A stretch of 64,000 nucleotides of DNA from Octopus sinensis (taxonomy: Eukaryota): positions 33,790,001 to 33,854,000 of the forward strand of contig NC_043010.1 in the NCBI RefSeq assembly GCF_006345805.1, given 5' to 3'. A program made the translations under genes and the position numbers. Positions 27,501-40,700 of this stretch are shown here, one piece after another. The notes beneath the pieces are model-generated. The model was not told where the DNA came from. It was given only the letters and a program-made list of their open reading frames with translations, and searched no databases. How positions within the stretch are numbered: the first letter of the stretch is position 1; each line of letters starts with the position of its first letter.

Positions 27501-30500
27501 GTGTTAGTGTTTTTGTGGTTTTGCTAGCTTCATGGTAGATAAATTAAGCTAATTGAACAGACCAACGAGCAAAGATTATTCCAAGCATGTCAATCCTATA
27601 CTTGTTTATTTTTTTCTCTTGAATCACATTGTGTATCCAAGATCATACTTTGTGTATCTTCTCATTTAATTAAAAGGATAATGTGATTTGAGAGAAATTT
27701 TGCTGCTGTTTCTAGCAGTTGAGAAATCTGGCAGAGGCACTCTCATTTGTACACTGCATTGAATTGTCATTGGAGAAGCCAGAATCACATGATTGTGAAG
27801 CAAACATCTTGACCACCCACAACCCTACCCGCACCCAGCAATTTCACTGGTGACCTTGGAGTTGATCTGAACTGATTGATCACAACTCAATAACAACATG
27901 GTTTTATTATTTTATCTTAGCTGAGACAGTGCCCATAGCTTTTTGTAGACCTTAAGTTATGAGTTAAGGTTCACTTTGAACAGTTGGATGTTAGTGTTTG
28001 TGGAGGAAACATGGGTAAGGAAGGAGACCTAGTAAGAATGATTGGACCTTGTTATTGTTTAGATACAGGCCATCCCTGGTCCAACATTTCTTCAATCAAA
28101 GATGTACCAGTCTTTAATTCAGGCACAATGTATCTAAGATTTTTAAAGAGGTATATGGCTGTTATTTCTAGCAGGTTAAGTTTAAAACTCAGAAGCTAGC
28201 TCTTTGGTAGCTGTATTGTTGTTTAACTCCAGGTCTTCATTGGTTCTGCAGACCTACAGTCAAAGGTTATCCAAACATCTTTATCATGTCTTTTATTCAG
28301 ACCTAGTATATCTAGGAATACATTATCCAATGTGTTTTTACTCTAAGACAATAGGTTGTAGTTTGTTGAAGCTTTAGGTGCTTTTTCTTGCAGATAAATG
28401 TTCCCTTATTCGCTTCAGAGGCACCCTCAGTGCCTCATTGGGCTAAATTTTATTGTTTAGCCCTAATTCAACACTGATCAAGCAAAACTATGATCAAAAC
28501 TAAGACCATCCCACTTTTATATATATCCAGGATTATATTATTCAGCATGTTTGATTTTTTTATATTATAACATCATTTGAGGATGACTTAAATCTGCTAT
28601 TTCTAGCAGATCCTGCAATGATATAAAAGCTTTCTCACTGTACTAGCGCTATAGCATGATGCAAAAGAACAAGACAAGTAGATGTGATAAATAGGCTGGA
28701 GCATAGACCCGTATAGTAACAGTGGAAGAAGCAGAGAGTGACCATAATTTGTTGGTGCAACATATTGATAAATAAAAGCTTGCTTAACAGAATGGAGGTG
28801 TTTCTTCCTCCCTCTCCATTTCAATATTTGGCCTGTATGTAGTCTTAACCTTATCCCAAATGAGCTGTAGAATGTAATTGTCCCCTTGTGCAAGGTCTGC
28901 AAAGATTTTTCTTAACCCTTCTTATATCCCTCTTCCACTTTGGCAACTATTTTTGAGAAATATCTCCTTGCTTTCAGATTAAAGTTTAATCTAGGTTCCT
29001 GTTGTAAAGCAGATATTATGTATAAAGAAATTGTGCTACTGATGTTGGGTTTTGCAGCTGGTATCACATGGCTAGTTCTCAGACACAAACCGTAAGTATT
29101 CTTTTACCAGTTTCTTCAATTTTCAACTGATTTCTACTAAAAACCAAAGCAAAGTTTAATCACTCTAGTGCAAACTGGTGTTTCTCAATCTCATCCCTTT
29201 CAGCAAAACTTGCTGTATTACATGATGTACATCTGCATCACATGTTGTGCATCTGCACCACATGATGTACATCTGCATCACATGTTGTGCATCTGCACCA
29301 CATGATGTACATCTGCATCACATGTTGTGCATCTGCACCACATGATGTACATATACATCACATGATGTACATCTGCATCACATGTTGTGCATCAGCATCA
29401 TATGATGTACATCGGCATCACATGATGTACATCGGCATCACATGATGTACATCTGCATCACATGATGTGCATTTGCATCACATGGTCTTCATCTACATCA
29501 CATGGTCTTCATCTACACACGGTCTGCTAGTGTTCCTAGTCTGTAATGTTGTGAGCTTAAGTACAACACATGACTGATAAAGTAGATTCTTCTCAGCTTC
29601 ATGGTTGCATGATTAGTAATAAAAAAAGCAGCAAACATTTAACTATAATTCCATTCTCATCTTTGATGTTTCTTATAAATATTGCATCATTGCAAGTACT
29701 TGCCTGGTACTTTATTGAGTTGACAATCCAACTAAACATATATCTTGTATTCAAAGACCAGCTGAATAGTGAAGAATTCTGAGTTTTTTACTACAAATAA
29801 TGGGGAGATTAAAGAGATGCTAAGTGTTCATTGGTTTGGGAAATAAATTATTTTGTGTACATACCTCCATGCTTGTATAGGTTCAATGGGTCTTCTCCAG
29901 CACAGTTTCTTACTGTTTGTTGCAGTTTTTGTCACTTTGCAGCTTTCACCAATTCTTCTCATGACTTCCTTTGTATTCCCCTTCTACAGATTCCTTTCAT
30001 TAGAATTTCTACACATTCTTATTACTTTACTGCCCACAAAGGGCTACACACAGAGGGGACAAACAAGGTCAGACAAACGGATTAAGTTGATTACATCGGC
30101 CCCAGTGCATAACTGGTACTTATTTAATCAACCCCGAAAGGAGGAAAGGCAAAGTTGACCTCGGCGGAATTTGAACTCAGAACATAGTGGCAGACGAAAT
30201 ACCACTAAGCATTTCGCCCAGCGTGCTAACATTTCTGCCAGCTCGCCGCCTTGAATTTCTACACATTCTACCCTACTGTCATCTTCCATTTCTTTCCAGC
30301 CTTCATACATCCTTCACATTCAATTCCTATGTCTTTCTGCATTGCAACATTGCACTTCATACACATGCATCATACAATCTGCCCTTCACTCAAAGAGAGA
30401 ATCTTTTTGTTTCAACATAGATAAGCTCTCCCTATTATTTCAGTTTCTATACCTTCCTACCACAGATTCTCTTGTGTTTTGGGGTGCATCTAACTCATAA

Positions 30501-31327
30501 TCTGATGTCACCAATCACTGATTGTAAACAAGCATCACCCTCATCAGTTTACCAATCCATTAAGCATGCATCATTTTTGCTATTGTCATGGCTAAGTGGT
30601 GAAAAATAAGAACGGAAAAATATATTGCACAGTATAACCAAAATAGCCCCATAACATGGAAATACAAACTTGCATAATTCCTATTAGGGTGTAAAGGAAA
30701 AAAGAAAAAGGATATCTCTTTGATGATCACTAACTTCTTTATTATTTATACCACTGATGTATTAAACTAATAATCATTATTTCAGATATTCCTGGATCTT
30801 GCAAGATATTCTAGGAGTGTTGTTTTGTATCAATGTCTTGAAAAACCTTCGAATTCCCAGCTTAAAGGTGAGAAAATTATTTGACTTTTGGATTGGGGAT
30901 ATTGGGGGGGGGGGTCCCCTAAGCAGCCAGCAGAGTAAGGAAGGGTTACAAAAAATTTAGTAAGTGTTGCAGAAGGCAGACTGAAATATGTAAGATGTGT
31001 GATGCACCAAAACCGTTTTAAGGGCTACATGCTTTGTATTGTTATTGGATCAGCGAACTTTTCCGGGAATTACCGGTTATGTCAGATAGTTATCCATAAA
31101 AGTAACTAAGAATTTTATGGGTAAACCCTAACAAAAATTAAGGTAAGCTAAACCTGAAAATTCAGAATAATGTTGTAATAAATATAAAAGTGATGAAAGC
31201 TATATCACTGTTATCATAATGAATTCTGCAAGGGAGTAGCAGTGGATTGATTAGTAATGACAATATGGCAAGTATATATTATGGATTTCTCTCCCACTCT
31301 GTTTATCTGTTTATACATTTGTATATG

Positions 31328-31358
<31 letters not shown>

Positions 31359-31682
31359 CATCGTTTAACGTCCGCTTTCCATGCTATGCACAGACTGAAA
31401 CATGTAAGATGTGTGATGTTAGATGTAGAAGCTTAATAACCCATGACTGCAGTATTTCAGTTGGGACACCACTGTGTTCTCACTTGAGCTATGTCTTGTT
31501 ATCATCTATCTTTTGTTTTAGTCATTGAACTGCTAGGGCACTGCCTCAAAGAGCTTAGTTGAGCAAATCCCAGTACTTATTTTTCTAAGTCTGGTACAAA
31601 TTCTATCAATCCCTTTTGCCAAACTGCCAGGTTGCAAAGACATAAACAAGCCTACAACAGTTGTTAATTGCTGGGAGACACG

Positions 31683-31737
<55 letters not shown>

Positions 31738-34700
31738 ATTATCCTCATCATTTAATGTCTGTTTTCCATGCTGACAATGAGCTTCCACACAATTTTCATC
31801 TATTAAATTCACTCACAAGTTATTGGCTGGCCTGAAGGTTGTAATAGAAGACACTTGCCTAAGGTGTCAAACAGTGAGACTGAACCTGAAACCATATAGT
31901 TTCAAAGTGAGCTTCTTACTCATACAACCATGTCTGCACTCACATATGTATATATTGATTTCAAATTTTGATACAAGGCCAGCAATATTTGAAGATGTGG
32001 GTAAGTCAATTATATTGACCCCAGTGCTCAACTGGTACTTATTTTATCAACCCTGAAAGAATGAAAGATAAAATGCTGCTAAGCATTTTGCCCAGCATGC
32101 TAATGACTTTGCCAGGTTACATTATATGTAACACTGTAACAACAGCAATTAAAATCCAATGACTTTTAAAGAACTTCATAAAAGCTACCAGAAATACTTC
32201 TTGATACCAAGATTGTAAAATATTTATGAAGAATTCACCATTTCTTACTTTTTTTCTTCATCACAGGCTGGCACCCTACTTCTAGGAATGTTCTTCCTTT
32301 ATGATATATTCTTTGTGTTTTTGACACCACTGTTTACCGAGGTAAGTTTCATCTTTATTCTTTAATATATATTTTTTGTCTTCTCTACATCTTACTCTGT
32401 TTTCTCTTTCTTCTTGGTTTCTTCATCTGCTGTCCTATTCTTTTAGGTTATTCTGTCGTCATCCCATTTGTCTTCTGTCTCTTCCTTCTCCTTCTGCTTC
32501 TGTCTGCTCCCCCTCTTGCACCCTTTCACTTCTGTTTGCTTCTCCTCCTGCCTCTCCTTCTTCTATTTGCTCCCCCTCCTGCCTCCCCCTTTCACATCTG
32601 TTTACCCCTCCTCATCCCCCCCTCTGCTTTCGTCTGCTCCTCCTTTTGCTTCTGTCTGCTCCTCCTTCTGCCTCTCCCTTCTGCTTCTGTCTGCTGCTCC
32701 TTCTGCCACCCTCTACTGCTTCTCTCTTCCCCCTCCTTCCCCTTTCACTTCTGCCACCCCTTCTATTTGCTCCCCCTCCTGCCTCCTCCTTTCACTTCTG
32801 TTTACCCCTCCTTCTGCTTCTGTCTGCTCCTTCTTCTGCCTCCCCCTTCTGCTTCTGTCTGCTGCTCCTTCTGCCACCCTCTACTGCTTCTCTCTGCTCC
32901 TTCCTTCCCTTTCACTTCTGCCACGCCTTCTATTTGCTGCCTCCCCCTTTCACTTATGTTTTTTTCTGCTTCTGTCTGCTCCTCCTGTCTCCTCCTTTTG
33001 CTTCTATTTGCTTCTTTTTCTGTCTTCTCCTCCTCCTTTTTCATTTTCTTGTAGTAATGGTACTGGGCCATAGTTCCATAAACTATAAGTTCAAAACCCA
33101 ACTATGGTCATGGGTTTGCCATAGTGAGTGAGCCCCATTATATCTAATCTATTACATAATATATTGTAACCCATTGTTATGACATGGTAGCTTTACATTT
33201 CATTGTTTCTTTTTTCCCGTCCTTCTAGAATGGTGAAAGTGTAATGGTTGATGTAGCAACAGGCAAAAGTGGCCATCATTCAGAATCAGTAAGTACAAGA
33301 CGCTACACTTTCAGGGAATTTTTTTTTCTTTTTTTTTGTAGTTGTTTCTTTTCTACATTTATTTTCAGACAACTCAGTTTTTGTTTTCAGAAAACTTTCT
33401 ATTGATTTGTAAATATTCCATTCCTGGCAGGAATCTTAATTAAATTCTAAGACAAATGCTATTTCTAAATTACACATGAAAGTATCAGTATAAGGTTTTA
33501 TAGCTGGGTTTCTAAAAGCATGATCAAGATTTCAAATTTTCACTACAACCACTGTGTTTGGCAAAGACATATAGTTGTTTTTGTGTTTGCCTGACTCATA
33601 TAAAACTGGTTCTACTTGCTAGCTCACAGTTGAGTGGTTAGCAATAGAGACATTCCATCTACTCTAGAATAGAATAATGGAACAAGAAGGATATTTAGCA
33701 CAATTTTTAAATACCAAATTTTCCCTGATTGAATGAAGGTGTTCCAGTCATGACTATCCTGTCCTATTGTGCATTTCATTACCTAAAACTACATTATGTC
33801 CTTCCTTTTTCAAACAGTAGGGGGCAATCTGAGGAAGACTTGGCTGCTATTTTGAGAAGGGTAAGCCATTATGTAGATTCCTTTCCAGTGGCTCAGTGGA
33901 TGTAAAATAGGGGGGGGGGGTAAATGTCTAAAATGTGAGGTGAATCCTCCTTTCTACTAAAGGCATGAGGCCTAAAATTTTGGACGGGGCTGGTCAGTTA
34001 TATTTACTCTGGTATTTCACTGGTACTTAATTTATCGACCCTGAAAGGCAAAGTTGACCTCAGTAGAACTTGAACTTAGAATGTAACGATGAGCGAAACA
34101 CTGCTAAGCATTTCACCCAGTGTGCTAATGATTCTGCCAGCTCACCACCTTAACCATCATGATAATAATACAAAATTTTTTTATGACTGTTAACCTTACC
34201 TTCTCAGATCATAATGGTCGTGGCAGCAGTGGTGGTGGTGGTGGTGAATAAGAAGTGTCCAAAACTTCGTTTCTCTTCATCCCCGTCCCATTTCTTTGTC
34301 ATTCCATGGTTTTCCATTGTTTCCCAGAACTGTGGAATCACTGCATATCAGTACTTTATTCATCTGTCCTTTCATGGACCTCAAAACTCCTCTGTGTGTG
34401 TAGTGGGTTTAAGTAACAAGTGATTAAGAGCCAGCTTGGATGCAAGTAATATTTCTCACAACTGCTATTGCTCTTAAGAGTATTTTGTATCATCTTTGGG
34501 TATCTACTTACACTTTGGAAGATTGGACTATTGAGCATTAAGTAACCTCATCATCATCATCACATTTATCACCAATTCCAACTAGAACTAACCTCTTGAA
34601 AGTTAAATGGTTTGGCCCTGGGTACCTACTTAAGGCTAGGTGGACTGGGCTGTTGGACAGTTAAACAACTTGGTTATGGACACAAGTTGATGATTCTGAG

Positions 34701-37700
34701 CCTGAATATTTGATGATTTTATACATTACTCAAATATGTTCTACATTAGATTATTTGCTTTTTTTTTTTAATATTTATTCGCATTATATTTGCCTGTTTC
34801 AGCAATATACTTCTTTTCTCACACAAGTTATGTTTTTCTTCAACACACGCCATGCTTTCCTTTTCCATACACACACTAAACATGCCTTCTTCAATGCACC
34901 TTATACAAGCTTTCAGTGATAATCTGACAACAGTAATCTATTATGGCATATGGATTATACTTTTTCAGGCTTTTCTCCTCATCTTTACAATTTGATATAT
35001 CTCTTGATATTTGCACCTTACATTTCAATCAGTTTGTTCTCCAGTCGTAAGTGTCTTATCCCTAGATAGATGGTATTGTACAAGACATGAACTAAAAACA
35101 TTTACAGTGGAACCATGGTTTATGAATTTAATTCATTCCTGAAGGCCATTTGTCATTTGAAATATTCAGAAATCAAAACTATTTTTCCCATAGGAAATTC
35201 AAGAGAAAGCACAGCAAATTCAAGCAGGGATGTGTACTGAGTGAAAACTAGACTGCAATTGACACTCTACTGCTGGTATACCCACTTATCACCAACTCCT
35301 GTGTATTCATTGCTTAAGACACTGTTTGTCACAAGACATTTTATTCAAAAAATTGTTTGTAAACCAAGGTTCCACTATATTTCTGAAGACAAGATTTATC
35401 ATCTGAAAGCTTAAAAGTAAAAGACCCCCTTTGGTCAGGAATGACCATAGGATTGCACCTAGAAAGTTCCCCTTCAAGATACAAGTCCAGGCAAAGTTGC
35501 TTATAGAAGACCAGTAGTCACCCATGCATACCAGCCTCCCCCTCTCCATGCCACTGATGTTATCCAAGGAGTAGGCGAAGGCTGATACAGCTTAGCACCA
35601 GTGACATCACAACTCATTTCTACAGCTGAGTGAACTGAAGCAAGATGAAATAAGCTGTCTTGCTCAAGAACACAACACTTCTCCCAGTCTGAGTATCAAA
35701 ATCACTACTTCATGATTGTAAGCCCGACATCCTAACCACTGAGCCATTAATAACAGTTCATTTCTCAGATATTTACACACTTAAGTCTGCAAGTTTTCAT
35801 TTCCCTTTGAAAAAGACCAATGATAGTCTCTCTTTCCCTCTCTCTCTCTCCAAAAAAATACCATCTTCTACATTTCTCTGTTTAAAAAACATATTTTTGA
35901 GATGTATAGAGACAAGCAACAGGGAATTACCTGCAAGTTCTGCACTTACTCGTTTACGTGAATGTTTGTCTCAAAAATAAACCCGCTGTGATTTTTGTTT
36001 CTGTTTTTGTTAGGCTGCCAGTAACAGTATGCCTCGGTCCTTAAATGTACCAGACAATAAAAAAGATGTAAGCTCAACTAGGGAAGTTGTAAGTATTTCT
36101 TGCACCCAGTAAACTTGGTTCTTGTGTTCCTTCATGTAGGTTGCATTAATTTAATCGGATTTTTCACACATACAACCTTGCACGGCTTCTTCCAAATTTC
36201 TTTTCTCCACCATTCTTATCTAATGTGGTGCATTGGCAGAACCATTTGGGCATCAAACAAAACACCTGCAGTATTTAGTTATGACACTTTGTTCTGAATT
36301 CAAAGTCTGACAAGATCAACTTTAACTTTCATCCTTCTGAAGTTGAGAAAATAAGTACCAGGCACATAATGAGGTTGATAGTCTTATAAGGCATTCTAGA
36401 TGGAAATGGAATTGTAACACTGTGGAACAGAATTTAAATTTTTTTTCTTTGGTCAGTAAATGTTATTTCCTATTTGCTTCTATCTAGAAATCAAAGGAAA
36501 TGACTACTATTTCCTTCAAACATTGCTTTTGTGACCTGGACATCAATGTTTTGAAACCGACCTATTTTCCATTACATTTCAGACAGATTCAGTGCCGAGT
36601 TGCTGAAGCAAAAACATTGCTATAGCGAATATTCAGCTTAATACCACAGATTTGCTTATCAGTTGCTTAATCTTAATTATTTGAGCATGTCCCTTAGTGG
36701 CTGACAATATGTGCATCTCTGATCATGAGCAGTAGTAGTAGGGGGGACATCATAGCCATGTGTTGAGAGGGGTTCTTTGGGGCTTGAATAAACGTATCAA
36801 AAGCAAAGTTTGAAGAAAATATTAACCATATTTCATACTTTCTAGAGGTAAACAAATAGGAAATAATAATTGCTACCTAAGGGTAAAAATCATGTTACAC
36901 AGTGTAATATAAACTTCCCTCCAATTTTGTCCCCTAATACACAAAACTGTAAATCATCTTTCCAGGATTGATAAAATGAAATTCCAATCAAGTATTGGGG
37001 TCAATTAACCCCTCCATTACCTGAATCCTTTGATAGAAATCCACCATTATTATCCTTTCCCAGCTGGAGCAGCCATGTATCTCCTTTACACTCCCTTTAT
37101 CATACTTTGGCCCCTCAACACCTGGCACAAAGCCACTTGCCTCAACACTGCACCCCAACTCAGTTGAAGGTTCTTGTCTTGAAAGTTACTTGGTGGCATC
37201 CTTAGTGCTGGTGCCACAAAAAAATGCACCTAGTACACTCTGTAATGTGATTGGATTTAGAATGGACATCCAGCCATAGAAACCATGGCACATTGGAGTT
37301 CATCTCAATTCTCTAGTTTGCCAGATCCTGTTGAACCAGCCAACCTATGACCCACATCAGTATCCAGTCCTTATTGCAGCATGTTGGCTTATGTACCTCA
37401 TTGTATCATGTCAGTGGACCACCAGCTCCTGGAAGAGCCTACTGGATGGGTCAAAGGTTAAGGGTATCCAGCTGTAAAAACCATGCTAAAACAGACTTCA
37501 CCAATGCTGGTGCCATGTAAAATGCACTTGGTTCATTCTGTAAGGTGGTTGGTGTTAGTAAACCTGGTGCAGTCTTCTGGCTTTGCCATCTCTCAAACTG
37601 TCCAACACATACCAGCATGGAAAATGGATGTTAAATGATGTACCCTTTTTCTCTTTTATTAGTTTCAATCATTAAATTGTAGCCATGCTAAGATACCATC

Positions 37701-40700
37701 TTCAAGGGTTTCACTTGTTTAATATCGACCCCTTGTTTTATTAACTTATTTTATTAACCTCACATGGGTGAACAGCAAAGTTGACCATTAACCTAAGTGT
37801 ATAGAACCGTAACCAAATCCTATCAGGTACTTTTGTTTAATGTTTTAACCAGTTCTGCCATCCTTTCGCTATAGATAGATAGTTGATAGACTAATATAGA
37901 CAAATATATAAATGAAAGTGCACTCAACATGTGATGAGGAGTTCTAATATTGGTATAAACTTAACTTGAAATTTCACTGATGTAAAATACCCCTGATGTT
38001 TTATAAGCTCACTTCTGAAGTAACACATTCTGTCTCAATGATCAAGAATTAGAGGAGGTGGGGATGTCACATCTATGAAAAATAAAGTAATGCTTCTCAG
38101 AGTGTAGCTGGTTCCCATCCTAGGTCACCCGAGAAAATGTTTGTGTTTTAAGCTATTTAGTTCCCTGTACACTTATACTCCTATCTCCCCTTCAAACTAC
38201 CCATTTCTGGCCTTTCTGCTGCCATTGCTCCTATTCCTAATCCCTTCCTTGGTCTACAAGCCTTAGGTTAATGAGTACTCCAGTTTTGGTGCCACTAGAA
38301 AACACACCCACTCTATTCTGTAAAGTGGTTGGTGATAGAAAGGGCATCCAACTGTGGAAACCAAACCAAAGATGCAATGTACAAAACCCCAGAATTTTAA
38401 GAATAGTGGCTTCCAATAGGAAATGAACGAGACTGATGACCATCCAACTTGTATCAGCATTGAAAATTATATAACATCATCATCATCATCGTCATTTAAT
38501 GTCCATTTGCTATGCTGGAATGGGTTGGACAGTTTGCTTGAAAATTGGTAAGCTGGGGAGCTGCACCAGGTTTCAATTTTATTTGGCATGGTTTCTACAG
38601 CTGGATGCCCTTCCTAACACCAACCACTCCAAGAGTGTAGTGGGTGCTTTTTACATGCCATCAGCATGGGTACCAGTTACAAAACACCAGCATCAGCCAC
38701 AACTGCGGTCTCACTTGGCTTGGCAGGTCTTCTCAAGCATGGAATATCGCCAAAGGTTCTTTTATTCTTTTTCACATTTCAGTCATTTGACTGTGGCCAT
38801 GCTGGAACACTGCCTTAAAGGGTTTTAGTCGAAGAAATCACCCCCAGGACTTGGTCTTTGTAAGCGTAGTACTTCAGTTAGTCGCTTTTGCCAAACCACT
38901 AAGTTACAGGGACATAAACACACCAACATCAGTTGTCAAGCAATGGTGGGGGAGATAAACACAAAGATACACACACACAGAAATAAATACATACATATAT
39001 ATATATGTGTGTGTGTGTGTGTATGTAATATATTGAGTTCAAATCCATTTCTGAGGTGGTGAATTGGCAGTTGTTAGAGCATTGGACAGAATGCTTTGTT
39101 CTTATTCTATGTGCTTTGAGTTCAAATCCTGCTGTGGTCAATATTGCTTTTCAATCCTTATGGAATTAAGAATTAAAAAAAAGTACCAGTCCAAGGTGCA
39201 AAATAGGCTGAGCTATAAGAACATTGAATCAGCTGCCTCGTGTTATTTATTCCAGCTCTTTGCATTCTGAGTTCAATCCAACCATGACCTACATAAGTGG
39301 TAGACATAACCCATCACCCAGGTTAACACCACCACTTGACACCTTCAGCATTTTAGCAGAGTGCCCTGTCCAACACCCAGGCCAGCTTTCTGGTTTGAAG
39401 CTACTTTTGTCCTTTCCTCCTTCCAGTCTCAGTGACCATGTAAAAGGTCCTAGGTACTGACTTCTCCCACTGGCTAAAAAAAAAAAAAAGTATTAAATAA
39501 AATCCTGATTTATTTTTGCATGTGCTTTTTGTTTCGTTAACAATTAATGTGGAACAATGAGTGTGATATTTAACCACAAAGTGATAGTTCTTTTGTTGTT
39601 GTTGTTGTTGTTTTTTTAATTCTTCTAGAGCAAAATAGACTGTAGTGCCTTTTACTAACTCAGCTAACAAAATAGGAACCTCTCTTTATTTCATGGTTAG
39701 TTGACTGATTGATTGCTTGATAAGACAGGATATTATGAATCCCAGCTTCATGACTTTCCATTGTCATTAGTTGTATTGTTTAACTTGTCTCAGTCTGTAT
39801 GGCTGACAAATAGGCTGCATTCTTAAATCATGGTTGTGTTGTTAGTAGTTAAAAAGGCCATTGTAAATTCAAACTTTACTACCTCAACAGTTACTGAGTT
39901 ATAAGCTTTTAAGGTACTTTATACCGGTTTCTTTATGATTTTTTCTCTCTCTCTCTCTCATACATCAACAATCACAGGTAGAATAGATTTATCATCTTCA
40001 TCATTTTACATCCACTTTCCCTGGTGTCATGAATTGGGCAGATTATCACAGTCCAAATCATTTCTCATTTAGAGAACCTCATCTCACTCATACAAGAAAT
40101 GAAAATATGCAGTGGTTTCCATGGGTTTTCTTATTTTCTATTTTTATGAAAATAGGGGTTCTTTTGAACATGCAGATTCATCACAATTTTTTTTAAAGAT
40201 ATACATACTTGTTTTTTGGGGTTTTTTTCTGCTAAGGTGTATACACTATTGGGTTTGCTCTGTTTGCTTAAATCCTCTAAAAGCTTTGCTGGGTAAATAT
40301 GTCCTCATTTGAATGACTGCTACTGGGTTCTTAGCTGAACACACTATTTTGTGAATGTTTTGTTTGGTGAAAGTTTCTTTTGATGAACATGTTAGGTTAA
40401 AGTGAACATTTTGCTATCCAGTGAACAAACTCCTTCAAGTAAACAAAGCTTTGGATAAGAGATACCTTTTATTATTAGCTAGTCAGAAGAAACAGTGTGA
40501 CTCTCTTAATCTTTACAAACCTTCGTAAGTCTGGTGATTAATGCTAAAGTGATTGTTCCAAATTTTCCCTTGAAAATCACATTTAAAAGTAATTGGAGAT
40601 GAATTGATCAACAACGAATTGACTGGAGACAAATTAACCAACAACAAAATAACCAGGGATGAATTGTCCCAGCACTGTGTTCGTGTGTGTGTGTGTGTGT

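Noticed and set aside
32376-33131. Overlapping 172-251 aa ORFs (longest in the track)
   Set aside because: Stop-free only because the CT-rich repeat lacks stop codons; lies in the intron between two clear SPPL2 exons
35033-35052. Additional microexon before GTAAGT at 35047
   Set aside because: Available acceptors give 2, 14 or 78 nt; the first two shift the frame and the third contains a stop
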